DNA of 64,000 nt from Giardia intestinalis (lineage: Eukaryota): NCBI GenBank assembly GCA_000002435.2, contig CM018789.1; one strand, written 5' to 3'. The notes beneath the pieces were generated by a model, which did not search any database, had not been told where the DNA came from, and worked only from the letters and a program-made list of their open reading frames with translations. Positions 20,701 to 29,471 of this stretch are shown here, piece after piece. The position numbers and the translations under genes are program-made. The number at the start of each line of letters is the position of its first letter. Position 1 is the stretch's first letter.

Positions 20701-23700
20701 GTAGTACTGGAAAAGGAGTCCAATTCTCAGAACATAGCTGGTGGCATTTCACAGTTTGAAGCCGCTGCCGATTCCCTAAACCCCAAATTCCATTTAGTTT
20801 TAGGGAATAGAATCGCAGCCAAACTAGAAACTGCACACTCTCTTCCACTAGCCACGGAAGGTTGCCAGGCTCCGGAGCCGGTTTTAGAAGTGGAGCAAAC
20901 AGATACTGAGGGTTTGAAACAGGGCAAGCAGAGGCAAAAGCAGCCAAAGGCAACCAAGTCAGTGCTTAAGAGGACCAAGTCCACCTTTTCTAGCAGTATC
21001 AGCCTGGCTGGCTTTACCTCTGAATTTGTTCGCGATACCGATGCGAAAAATAACAAGGAACAGCAGCGCTTTCTTACTCACAGCGCAACCGTGGCAAAGC
21101 TCAGTGCTCAAAATCGGCAGACGAGCACTGCCCAGGGTAGTCCAGACAAATGTCGCATCCAGCCGGTTTTACAGCATGGAGTACAGGATCCTCTCCTCGT
21201 TGCTCAAGAGTCGACGCTCTCCACGCTCTCCGGTTACAGAGACTTTGAGCATGGAAATCCATCAGAGCTGGAGGCCTCTGATCTTTTGGAGTACTCTCAG
21301 GCCAGCGCTTCAATAGAAAAGGCGCTTCACCGACCATTATATATCCACGAGGAGCTACACTATACTATTCTGCGAATTGTTTTGCTATTGATCATTGTCC
21401 CCGAGACTGGTACTCTCGATCCGATGTACTGTTCCCAGTTTCCAGCCAATGATGGCATGCCAAACATTCTATGGATCCTTCACCACCATCTTAATCATCC
21501 GAGAAACGAGAAATTCGCCCTTAGGTTAATATCTTCCGACATTTCACCTGCTGCTAAGCGTCTCTTACGCCTCACCTGCTATACTCTGTTTGACTCTACC
21601 TTGTATCCCATCAAGGACGCCACTAAGTTTTCACTCATGGCACAGGGTGCCTATGGATCTGTTTATTCTGGGAATGTATCGCTGGTTACAGAGGACAATC
21701 AGACCAACCAATCATTCCTGACTCCAGTAGCGGTCAAAATCCAGGACAGATCGAAGTCAATTTATGACCGGTGCGTCCTTCACGATATCTTTAACGAAAT
21801 AACTGTAATGGAACGGTTAGCCAATTATAGCGGAGTTAGTCGAATGTATGATTACGGAGTTACGAAGGATGGATACTACATCATCATGCACAAGTACGTT
21901 ACCAGTCTCAGGGATCTCCGTCTCAAACTCTTCGACGACCCAGCCACACTGCAATCCAACCAATTGCTGTATCATCCGGAGCCAAAGTATAAGCATCTGC
22001 CTATATACGGCCACGAACTGTCTTACATGAAGTACATCAGAATCTATCTTCTGATATTCATAAAATTCCTCCGACACCTTGAGTACCTACATACTGCTGG
22101 AGTCAATCACTATGATATAAAGGCCGACAACGTATTCTTTGATCCCAGAACAGTTCAGTGGTACTCTAAACTAGCTAGACTGGATGAAAATAGCAGGCCT
22201 GCCGGTACTGTTGACACTGGGACGCCTATTACAAAGATTTTCCTTGATAAGATCTTCACCGATTACCAGGCTGTACCATCGTACGAACTGCTTCCTTTTC
22301 GCATTGCAATAGCGGACTTTGGAGAGTCGATGGTCTTTTCAGATGAAGAGAGCTCCTACACACTCATCAATAAGGGGACAGAATATAATAAATCGCCAGA
22401 GATGCTGCTCTCGGCAAACATGGTAGCCCAAACCCGGTCTAACTTTGATCGGCGTCGTCCAAAGGGCGCTGGAAGCTCTTCAGACATCTGGTCTGCTGCA
22501 TGCTTCCTTTACGAGCTATTGACAGGTGACATCTTGTTCTTTGACTCTGACTGGATCCGCTTCTTTATCAGAGTCACGAAGGATAGCTATCAGAGCAACG
22601 TGCGAGCAAGGGCACGTGACAAGTCAGCTGCCCAATCATTTACATTTGATCATTCAGGCAAGTTTGCTCAGCTTTACAGGGGAGTTTCGCTTTCTCCAGA
22701 GAAGAAGGCCATGTTGGGGAACTGCCAGCCAATAATAGACCTTCTTGAGTTTTGCTTGGTACCAAACCCTACTCTGCGCCCCCAAATAAGAGACGTTATC
22801 GCCATGACCGAGCACATATTAAAGGTCTATTTTCCAGAAACCTACATGTATAAGCCCGAGTGTTACTATGTGGAGCCGGCGAAGGCGGAGCCATTCATCA
22901 GTAGCAGCTTTTGTTTCAGCATTATCGGAAGTGTTAATGACTGCCTGGTCAATCCTAGCGATGCCCTTGCACCAAAGCTTTCTATTGTCAAAAAGCAATG
23001 CGAACAATCCCCGAACTCTGTACAGAAGCAATTGGAGAGCCATGCTGCTATACCCAGCTACCTTCTTGCGACGGCTCAGCTCACTAGCCCTGTGTTGGGT
23101 CAACCCTGTGCCACGCTTCCTGTCAAAGTGATGCCTCCTGCCACTAATATTATAGATGGGTTTCTGTGGATAGGGTCTGTTTCCGTCTTGCGGCATGCAG
23201 AGCATCTTCTGGCATATAACGTTACGTCTGTGATTGATTGCCTAACGACCTCTCTAGAGCAGTCCATGGAGACCAAGCGAGTTATAGAAATGACCACTAT
23301 CCACTATTATAAGCTCCCCCTTGTTCTCACACAAATTATTAATCCCACGTCCAACAAGACGCTCTTTCTGGGTTCTCCTCGCGAAAGTACTCCGGGTTTA
23401 CCTAAGGCAGAGTTCCTGCGATACTCAGCCGCCCTGGACAGCGTGCTGGACTTCCTGCGCAGAACGGTCACCCATGGAGGCAGGTGCCTGCTTTACGACG
23501 AGAACGGTACCGGCCTCTCTGCTGCAGTGGCAATAGCCATGCTCGTGGAATTTAGATCTCTGTCTCTGTTTGCTGCTTACCTCCACGTCAGGAACCTCAG
23601 GCCTCACATTGCACCTCCCCTTCCGTTCTTAGATTTCCTGCACTACTGGTTCTTATTCAGAGTTCGACCAGGAATTAAGAACAAAGACTTTCTCTATGCG

Positions 23701-24291
23701 AACTCTTCGTACTTCAGACAAATTCTTTTCAAGCCTACACCGACATTTGAGCAACTTATTAATCTAAGGATCAGTAAGGCGCGATATCAGTGTCTTTGTG
23801 GCAAGATCTTCTTTATAGTCAAGCCAGACGTGAAGCGGATGCCGACATTTGTGCTTTGCAACTGTGCATATACACCGCAGCTTTCCAAGGACTCCCCAGG
23901 AACACCTGGAAAGGCCCTGAGCCAACCAGCCTGTCCTACTCTATCGTGCCGATCCATAATCAATCTATTCATGTCTATTTACGGATTGCGTCTCGGACGA
24001 ATCCTTTGGGCCTTTCTTCCTGCTCGAGACGTTGTCTCTAATTGGAAGACAGACACGATGGGAATAAGGAACATTCCCTCAACACCCCACGCCATCGAGA
24101 GAGCCTCAGCAGACATGTATAACAAGTTTACGGGCCTCGACAATATGCGCGCTCCAATCAATCGCATACCCCGACAGAGAAATTGGGAGCTCTATTACTG
24201 CAAGATTTGCGGGCTGGTGACCCATGCTGCTGATGCTTCCTCTCCAGATGCAGTACAGCTGGCTATTCTGGCAAACTTTTCCCCGAAGTGA
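14749..24291 (+). CDS. giant (3181 aa) protein with C-terminal Ser/Thr protein-kinase domain followed by a catalytically inactive dual-specificity-phosphatase-like domain
   Basis: The ORF-track start at 14731 is TTG; the ATG is at 14749 with gagattaaaaaactaATG. Kinase motifs in order: AQGAYGSVY (Gly loop), VAVKIQ (beta3 Lys), HYDIKADN (catalytic loop), ADFGES (DFG), NKSPEMLL (APE-like), SDIWSAACFLYELLTG. About 200 aa later a DUSP fold: IDGFLWIGSVSV...AYNVTSVIDCL...CLLYDENGTGLSAAVAIAMLV aligns to the VLVHCQAGVSRSAT signature with Cys->Asp and Arg->Leu. Confidence 0.75.
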   Translation: MRAKSLSHHKRPVSVLSTRSVSRAPRRLVRGRDRDPNQDYVRSLVANLECKNPLELTTAIRELTDIYVSNKYSEVFFSRDVPTKVFKATLQNSHNAKIFALGKTFLKCFMESCASQSSYIFANLSIDSKEYSRTKCLDSLLNYIISQLSDSEMLYSIYFYVLVGDIISTHHACVPFVHTLSPIHFIQVYLNKVCNNLDMCSQTTNSLSIVQLNQIHRGRGNAKDGDTSDGNESTNSGMTVASSLSLDEDCTMPTVCKQLDDALSEISSARSILSNFAETVFSNSVPGQKRKLRKETASYGKLPLINTVRSEGSSMVSDRSSIEINNSQHLDSDDNEEESGYYSQSNNGDSNTNLNSDRSRDFGEDLFDENDREERQPTPLDHQESAVFVSPRTCNQEPSLHGTQASTELAKDLQKQSHAGVKEPSQDVNIRNHSRSSCSRSSASFCEKDRLLELPALGDCIPEIPQPEHKDESVRGRPPVTRGVKVRLPPMVHDQRNTSKETGAYDPLLNDALTQESSASAILTPFNLGTISEAKVSSAELQMVQGEEAQSVLGSAVPVLNLHLPLAVNPERDPVNESSSPARQVLTTARRQSRYMIHSTQAGKGRTNAVAYGQASHNRAVAPGVKNRSSSNLLIPPSTPNGTLSNIGEPFSGAARQFYPQKDKSADFTHAEQIEKVERRAICGPLALASKTKPCRPSIVPLLSLSCPAQQEKDPPEITTQSTPKLSQQKFPGLSLGLSLDLKSVHNRESTAPSMSHRGHPGRFGDTDSPATGQSYTGLNQETADFVFDKYLQVLSERRKGIPELVDVANRIGEYTFMRDYPLLCSLSRDKTYSHGSANLTARSTHSSLSVLTTSTSQAVQANYIVNHLYVTHNYYTYLKEHKRRYLLYKLFGSTHTRDLSDYEFNFSIMSTELLPLVRLQRVDLSREDVIRLGVSYILYHCIRNLSNITLRYFPNILPSICTDLISLHQRKTGFIPAVVLALSTLVNQIHSASQTRIRSDWMRLLFKMYKYAKLTYDYIDVDTGECVPESELNVCHGGVEVTTETMQENFLVENTVSPATGLPKRKIGKRHAVTLPDDMFLLQRLEAQRRMYCIDMYTLSLRLSTLVLMPYSISACDDIACYLAVIADRLATSHANPMVRGLVTTALLPSLLKVVELFQTRRINSRLHYILIVQRILEVMSLLASDSFVRAPSLVTSPEPPVVRALVNNNVCYTTDRSMQNIDNMLCDALVFNETNLKWLRRYSCLIFLNTRIKDELSGMYYSKPQCQHSFEVYKIKFSKYIITMIRLLRYHFLKVAQQLSTNTKLETTKMFTAATHNSTHSSHIASRLVDSTRRQSFKLATSSFHAPIYITKYANLPENDYPRGLKEIAEYTQETRLKNLPMTSLATLCTLESHANIFTTARLDHIPLTRCDESHRFNVKELLRNNDCHSIIGTWSFLFDFETGVFPQYLMLAKNGSDVQVQTGGVNFSKHLGLFDDSDLLKAMPTAETVAEARTQHTSAKELLTELSKNALSAPTSRKSVLYVLYTLAEFFAIENVDLYIKPTDLRKFISFHYKSFLKLYNDCEVDLIECILSTNNSVSLLDLCNGHLNVLCSLIQMDSPNTRQYFYELRIMQFLILQLSVDNIDQNSGWQRTIAESDASTLQKINLAKAEADREWAIKVASAQAQKLLPPISMPYLRSDNPTATQDQAKKPSGTSPTKTSVFFSTPTRPLKQTAHSTGSHILANKDYELGDLRANANAVSSMIEEDVEDKVVTTVNGSQESKKSAATSLSTKPSVSAILTPGLETKLITDNSSTMDLLEKSEITDCNISDQLQATAKQKQPVEVINGDAIPSIDTLFDYHGSAVIHPLKLPSTESELMGSQQCTDRKTPLEGIKHKSSLVITAVPKRSTHIYDDDDSDSCWDDEAQKRGIELPKRDSKQRRANELEPPKADKPSDAYSSHGDSSFSDSSDLPRAPPATVPKTFGFTLKLPAVKVSIDKQNVVLEKESNSQNIAGGISQFEAAADSLNPKFHLVLGNRIAAKLETAHSLPLATEGCQAPEPVLEVEQTDTEGLKQGKQRQKQPKATKSVLKRTKSTFSSSISLAGFTSEFVRDTDAKNNKEQQRFLTHSATVAKLSAQNRQTSTAQGSPDKCRIQPVLQHGVQDPLLVAQESTLSTLSGYRDFEHGNPSELEASDLLEYSQASASIEKALHRPLYIHEELHYTILRIVLLLIIVPETGTLDPMYCSQFPANDGMPNILWILHHHLNHPRNEKFALRLISSDISPAAKRLLRLTCYTLFDSTLYPIKDATKFSLMAQGAYGSVYSGNVSLVTEDNQTNQSFLTPVAVKIQDRSKSIYDRCVLHDIFNEITVMERLANYSGVSRMYDYGVTKDGYYIIMHKYVTSLRDLRLKLFDDPATLQSNQLLYHPEPKYKHLPIYGHELSYMKYIRIYLLIFIKFLRHLEYLHTAGVNHYDIKADNVFFDPRTVQWYSKLARLDENSRPAGTVDTGTPITKIFLDKIFTDYQAVPSYELLPFRIAIADFGESMVFSDEESSYTLINKGTEYNKSPEMLLSANMVAQTRSNFDRRRPKGAGSSSDIWSAACFLYELLTGDILFFDSDWIRFFIRVTKDSYQSNVRARARDKSAAQSFTFDHSGKFAQLYRGVSLSPEKKAMLGNCQPIIDLLEFCLVPNPTLRPQIRDVIAMTEHILKVYFPETYMYKPECYYVEPAKAEPFISSSFCFSIIGSVNDCLVNPSDALAPKLSIVKKQCEQSPNSVQKQLESHAAIPSYLLATAQLTSPVLGQPCATLPVKVMPPATNIIDGFLWIGSVSVLRHAEHLLAYNVTSVIDCLTTSLEQSMETKRVIEMTTIHYYKLPLVLTQIINPTSNKTLFLGSPRESTPGLPKAEFLRYSAALDSVLDFLRRTVTHGGRCLLYDENGTGLSAAVAIAMLVEFRSLSLFAAYLHVRNLRPHIAPPLPFLDFLHYWFLFRVRPGIKNKDFLYANSSYFRQILFKPTPTFEQLINLRISKARYQCLCGKIFFIVKPDVKRMPTFVLCNCAYTPQLSKDSPGTPGKALSQPACPTLSCRSIINLFMSIYGLRLGRILWAFLPARDVVSNWKTDTMGIRNIPSTPHAIERASADMYNKFTGLDNMRAPINRIPRQRNWELYYCKICGLVTHAADASSPDAVQLAILANFSPK

Positions 24292-24442
24292 CCATGATAA
24301 TAGACTGGCCCCACGCAGGTGTTCTATGACTTACTGAATGTTCTTTTGGGGTAAAATTTACAAAGATGAACAACAGAGTGCAAAAGTTAGAGGAAGACAA
24401 TGCAGGATTGCGGCGCGCTCTTTGAGCCCTACTGCTGCTAAT

Positions 24443-26530
24443 CTAGACACCGCGTAAGGATATAGCCCTAGCCAAAGTGCCGCACTGAGGACACTTGGTG
24501 ATTGACTCAGGGTTAGATGTGGCAATCCTGTGGCCACACGGCGAACATACAGCAGCCTCGCCCAAGATCGGAGACACAGTTGCAGAGCAGGAGCGAAGAA
24601 TGGTCGGGTCACTGGATATAACGTCGATGATCGCCACCTTGAGGTCCTCCGGGTCTGCGGCTTTAGCGCCAATCTTAGTGCGAAGTAGGCTAGCTTCGTT
24701 TTTCGCACTTAGTATATCTTTTCCCATAGAAAACTGCTGTCTTTTAATTTGTTCCAGCTCCTTTCTCACCTTTGCAAACTCCCTGAGAATCTGCCTAATC
24801 GTGCCGCTGTCGGCTCCACCGCTACCAAGTTCAGAGGGTTCTTGGAAGAATGAGTTCAGGGATTTATCCTCGTAATACGAGATATTTTTGCTTACATCTG
24901 TATTTAACTGCTGGAGTGGCTTTGTGTCCACAGAAGCAAGCGCCTCTGTGCCAGTTTTATTGAGGATATGAGGTTGCGGGACATACGTTGATGGATTGCT
25001 AGTTTGATAGAAGTCATCACTGTCCTGTGAAGGCGTTTGAATGGCAACAGGACCGCTGGGAATAGCAGGAAACTGAGAAATAGACTTCTTTCTAACACCA
25101 CGAGGTATGTTAGTAGGTAGAATAACTGCATTAGCCACATGGGCTTCTATGTCAGAGCACTCGTCAATTGACACTCTAAGGCCTCCAGAGTGTCTTCTGG
25201 GAGCACCAGACACAGAGTTAAGTCTTTTGAAGCGGTGCTTCTTTTCCCTAGACAAAGATGGAGCCTTAGGAGGGACAGTCGTCATAGCCTTGTATTCAGC
25301 GCACTCTCGCTTCAAGGCATCTATCTCTCTATCCTTTCTTGTTACAATGTCGCTTAATCGCTGTACTTCTGCAGTAAGCTTCACCATCTCATGGTCCTCA
25401 GAACTGGCGAGAAGGGCATCCAGTACTGATTGGGATTGCTGCTGCTCGTTTTTCACGCGGTCTATTTCCTCTTTCATAAGCCTCACTGTCTTGTTCAGGG
25501 CTTCAACTTCATGTCTGGCGTCATCATACTTTTCTGCTCTGCTTTTATATGTAGCTCCCTCTTCCTTAAGGCGCTCGATTTCCATAGCGAGACCCTTATC
25601 ATTTTCCAAGTGACTCTTATCAACTAAGGCCTCTAGCTTTTTAATTGTATCGTGTGCCACCATTAGTTCATGCTTAAGTTTCTCAATTGTATCTGTGTCG
25701 GCTGCTTCTCCTAAAATAGGACTAGCCTCGGTGTCTGCTGAGATGCATTGTTGGAACGAGGCATCGGGGTCAACAATTGTATGCACAACAGACTTAGAGT
25801 AAAGGTAATCTTGTTGACCGGTTGGGAAGGTAATGCTGTCATTTTTGCGTGCAACAGAAACCATGCGCATGACCTTGGCGTTCTCCAAAATCAGAGGACC
25901 CTCTGTGTCTATTAGCAGCTCAGCGACCGAGCCGTGATTGTTCCAGACAGCCGACATTAGAGCTGTCCACCCATATGGATCCATGACACGTGCCTCAGCG
26001 CCCATGAGAAATTTAACCACAGAATAGTGTCCATTCCACGCTGCAGACATGAGTGCGGTCCACCCCTTCTGATCGACCATGCCCTTTTCCCGTTCGTAAA
26101 GGAGCTTCACAACATCTAGGTGTCCATTCCAGGCCGCACACATTAACGCAGTCCAGCCATCTACATCTTGCATCCCCACTTCCTCGCTGTAAAGATAATT
26201 CACCACTTCTAGGTGTCCGTTCCACGCAGCGGACATGAGTGCGGTCCAACCACTGCAATCACGCATGCGGATTTCCTGGTGGGATAGGTAGCGAACACAG
26301 TCCCAGTTCCCAGACCACGACGCATACATCAGCGCAGTCCAGCCGTCTTCATCAGCCTGCCCAAGCTCGTAAGGCGCGAGCATCTCCACGATCTCAACGT
26401 GACCTTCCTGGGCCGCCAACATCAACGCTGTGCGTCCCTCTTGGTCCCGCTGTCTAGCATACTCCTCCAAAAGCTCTGCAACTAGCTCGGTGTTCCCCGC
26501 AAACGCGGCCTCCATGAGCCTAGTGGTCAT
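24443..26530 (-). CDS. ankyrin-repeat (21.1-type) + central coiled-coil protein with C-terminal CxxC...CxxC motif
   Basis: ATG at 26530 with tctataaaatttattgggcggATG. N-terminal repeats GRTALMLAAQEGH, GWTALMYASWSG, GWTALMSAAWNGH (x3). A long heptad-rich middle. C-terminus CSPCGHRIATSNPESITKCPQCG. Confidence 0.7.
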   Translation of the reverse strand: MTTRLMEAAFAGNTELVAELLEEYARQRDQEGRTALMLAAQEGHVEIVEMLAPYELGQADEDGWTALMYASWSGNWDCVRYLSHQEIRMRDCSGWTALMSAAWNGHLEVVNYLYSEEVGMQDVDGWTALMCAAWNGHLDVVKLLYEREKGMVDQKGWTALMSAAWNGHYSVVKFLMGAEARVMDPYGWTALMSAVWNNHGSVAELLIDTEGPLILENAKVMRMVSVARKNDSITFPTGQQDYLYSKSVVHTIVDPDASFQQCISADTEASPILGEAADTDTIEKLKHELMVAHDTIKKLEALVDKSHLENDKGLAMEIERLKEEGATYKSRAEKYDDARHEVEALNKTVRLMKEEIDRVKNEQQQSQSVLDALLASSEDHEMVKLTAEVQRLSDIVTRKDREIDALKRECAEYKAMTTVPPKAPSLSREKKHRFKRLNSVSGAPRRHSGGLRVSIDECSDIEAHVANAVILPTNIPRGVRKKSISQFPAIPSGPVAIQTPSQDSDDFYQTSNPSTYVPQPHILNKTGTEALASVDTKPLQQLNTDVSKNISYYEDKSLNSFFQEPSELGSGGADSGTIRQILREFAKVRKELEQIKRQQFSMGKDILSAKNEASLLRTKIGAKAADPEDLKVAIIDVISSDPTILRSCSATVSPILGEAAVCSPCGHRIATSNPESITKCPQCGTLARAISLRGV

Positions 26531-26769
26531 CCGCCCAATAAATTTTATAGAAAGGATGATTTATAGACTCGGAGATCTCCTCTTAGCCTCAACACTTTTC
26601 ATCAACGCAGGTGCAATACTAAACTTCGCGGTGGAAAAACAGGATGGGTTAACAGCCAAGGCAAAGCTCTTTGAGTGCATCCGTGCCCTTCAGGTGTTTC
26701 GCTTTGTGATTTGTCTCTGGAATATTCTCATGCTCATCATGCTTATCATCTAAGGTCCCATGTGTTCTT

Positions 26770-27477
26770 TTATAGAGTAAATACCCACCCTATGAGTGTG
26801 TCATCATTTTCAAAGATGGGTATTAGGATGTCGTTGTTGGCCCTAAGGAGTCGTACAGTGTCGGAGGAATCAATGAACTTATCCATGCCAGACAGTGACA
26901 GTAGGTTTCGTAGGTCTGCCGTGGTAAGAACTCGGTGAGCGTAGTGGCTTCTGAGAAACTGACCTATCTGCCCTAGCTGGTCGCGAAATATACGTACAAA
27001 CACCCATTCGGTATCAGGGTCTTCTACAATATTATCTGGGACAGATTTCTTCCACCACAACAGTTTCTGTAGAAACGTTCTATCATCATTGATTCCAAAC
27101 CGTGAGTACGGCGTCACGACCCCCTTAGCACAGAGCTTTCGCATTGCAACGGCAATATTCCGCGGACAAGTCTTGAAGAGTTCAACTAGCTCGCGGCCTC
27201 GCATGATCATGGCAGAACTATAATTGGCATATCGAGGAATTTGCTGAACATAGAATTCTAAGCGAACATCCCAGTCACAAGGATCAATATCTCGTTGGTC
27301 CTTGAATGGCTCCCTGATAAAGAGCTTGAACTCGGGCCTGCTCCACTCCGAGATGTCATTCAAAAAGCCAGCCATTTTTGACGGCCTATTCCCTCTTCGT
27401 CTACTAACGTTCGCAGGGTCCGCACCAGTGGATGTTGCCAAGGGAAAGAAAATTGACGTCTCCACTTCAGAAGCCAT
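26770..27477 (-). CDS. hypothetical protein
   Basis: 235-aa ORF with an ATG at 27477 and an AT-rich initiator. Divergently paired with the next gene across a 62-bp spacer. No family confidently recognised. Confidence 0.5.
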   Translation of the reverse strand: MASEVETSIFFPLATSTGADPANVSRRRGNRPSKMAGFLNDISEWSRPEFKLFIREPFKDQRDIDPCDWDVRLEFYVQQIPRYANYSSAMIMRGRELVELFKTCPRNIAVAMRKLCAKGVVTPYSRFGINDDRTFLQKLLWWKKSVPDNIVEDPDTEWVFVRIFRDQLGQIGQFLRSHYAHRVLTTADLRNLLSLSGMDKFIDSSDTVRLLRANNDILIPIFENDDTLIGWVFTL

Positions 27478-27539
27478 ACACTAATCTAACTAAAGATTTC
27501 GGCAAAATTTACCTAGTATTCTGCTTCTAAAAACGCAGC
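27478..27539. promoter_or_regulatory. 62-bp AT-rich divergent intergenic region (bidirectional promoter)
   Basis: Lies between ATG(-) 27477 and ATG(+) 27540 (acactaatctaactaaagatttcggcaaaatttacctagtattctgcttctaaaaacgcagc). Confidence 0.45.
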
Positions 27540-29336
27540 ATGGCTAGTGAGGATCCGGTTAAGGACTATCTTACCAAGATATCGGCCTTGCAAGCCAACA
27601 TTGGAACGCTTCAGGCGCAGCTACGGCAGAGCACCGACCAAATAGAGCGCCTTCATCGTCTACAGAGTGCCATAGTAGGAATGTATCTGGAATTCAAAGA
27701 TCGATCGCATGAGGATGCCTCGACACGCCGCAATATTGACGAGGAGAAGGCCGAGCTTTTGGGGGAATCTCCTCTCGTGATTCTTGATAAACTGCGGGCT
27801 TCCCTCCGCGTCCTGTTGGCCTTCAAAGAGGATTTCGAGTGCGAGCTCAAGGCAGCTATTTCACGACAAATTTCAGAAAAGGACGCTACAGCGAAGGATC
27901 TGTCTGCTCGACTGGTGGCTGCGCAAGAGAAGATTCGAGATCTTACTAGTCAGTTAAACAACATCCGCAAATATCAAGAGGACTCTATGGATAGGGAGAG
28001 GAGCATCAAGAAGCGAGCAGATGAGCGAAATTCTCAAATGGAAACAGAAATAGCACAGCTCAAGGCTAAGCTCGATGAAAAGAATACCCAGATCCAAGGG
28101 ATGAAGGATCTCGTTGCAGAGAGAGATGATCTGTTACGGAACAGGGATACTCGTCTCTCCCGAATCTCTCAATTGGAGTCTCAATTGCAGCTCAACCGCC
28201 TCCAGTCTCAGTTCGACCTATCAAAAGTCCAAACGGCAAGCCGCCAGAAGATCATTCAATTGGAAAAAGAAGCTCTTAAGTTCAACCGTTTAGAAGCAGA
28301 AAATGCAGAGCTTCGCGAGCGTGTTCGGACGATGTCCACTCAGTTGGGATCTTACCAGACAAACATGCAGGTCAAAAAGACCAATTTACTGGAGCAGGAA
28401 CTTGCACGCTGCAAGCAAGAGCTAGAGGGTTATAAGAGCAAGTTGGCTCTGAAAGAAGAGAGACTTCGGACAACGGAAGCAAATCTGGCTCAATCAAAGC
28501 TGCAAGTGGCCAACTTACATCAAAAGATATCAGCCCTGGCCGGGGATACAACTACTTCACAGCCCATTCAAGGAAAATCAACCCCCAAGGGGAACACTTC
28601 TTCCCCGGTACGTGGAAGTATGAGCGCACGCGCTGCAAAGCAAACGCGCATCTCTCCAGGTATCGACACAACGGGTGATCCCCATGATGTAGAGACATCA
28701 ATAGCAGAGGCTTCACAGCAACACATCATTTCCAGTTACAAGGATAAGCTCAAGGAAAAGGACTTAGAGATAGAGGAATTAGCAAAGAGAGTTCGGAGAC
28801 TATTGACACTGCAGCACAGATCTGCACTGTCTCAGCGTGCCTGGGAAGAGGAGAGGACCAGACTAGAGAAGCAAATAAGTGGGCTACGAGATGATGTGAC
28901 TCAACTGCGCAAGATTATAGGCAATAAGGCCATGGGGCAGCTTACCCTCTCAGAAGATAGACAAGATGCTAAAGACGATGCCGCACGAGACATCCAAAAC
29001 CTTCGGGCCTTTGCCATAACCACGAGTCATGCTTTCAATCAGTTGCAGTCTGGCGACAAAGGTGTTTCGAATAACTTCAAACGCCTAAATATTCAGCAGC
29101 TTGATCCGGTCATTGATCCACGGGGGTCCAGGCCCTTGACAAGCAGACCAATCTCCAGCGGAGGGGCCGGTAGCAAGAGTATGGTAACTGAATATGGGGC
29201 CTCATCCCCCAACCGAGCCCGGCCAGTAAGTGCTGCTCAATCAAACAAAACAGGCCGCGGGGCCGGGTACGGTCGTGGGACAATGCTTGGGCGGACGGCT
29301 CGCATGGGGACTACGTATAATTTTGGGCTAGACTAG
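27540..29336 (+). CDS. coiled-coil protein (598 aa) with Gly/Arg-rich C-terminal tail
   Basis: ATG start at 27540. Long heptad-rich E/K/R/L/Q-rich sequence throughout. C-terminal GRGAGYGRGTMLGRTARMG. Confidence 0.6.
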   Translation: MASEDPVKDYLTKISALQANIGTLQAQLRQSTDQIERLHRLQSAIVGMYLEFKDRSHEDASTRRNIDEEKAELLGESPLVILDKLRASLRVLLAFKEDFECELKAAISRQISEKDATAKDLSARLVAAQEKIRDLTSQLNNIRKYQEDSMDRERSIKKRADERNSQMETEIAQLKAKLDEKNTQIQGMKDLVAERDDLLRNRDTRLSRISQLESQLQLNRLQSQFDLSKVQTASRQKIIQLEKEALKFNRLEAENAELRERVRTMSTQLGSYQTNMQVKKTNLLEQELARCKQELEGYKSKLALKEERLRTTEANLAQSKLQVANLHQKISALAGDTTTSQPIQGKSTPKGNTSSPVRGSMSARAAKQTRISPGIDTTGDPHDVETSIAEASQQHIISSYKDKLKEKDLEIEELAKRVRRLLTLQHRSALSQRAWEEERTRLEKQISGLRDDVTQLRKIIGNKAMGQLTLSEDRQDAKDDAARDIQNLRAFAITTSHAFNQLQSGDKGVSNNFKRLNIQQLDPVIDPRGSRPLTSRPISSGGAGSKSMVTEYGASSPNRARPVSAAQSNKTGRGAGYGRGTMLGRTARMGTTYNFGLD

Positions 29337-29471
29337 GCGAGACATAGTTATGGCTGGACGATGAAGAGAATGCGCAAATGGCCGTGATGTAGCGCAGGGT
29401 GAGTCAATGGGAAGGAAAAACAAATCAATTTCAAAAACATTTGACTTCTTAATTTGTGCTAAAGAAGTGTT

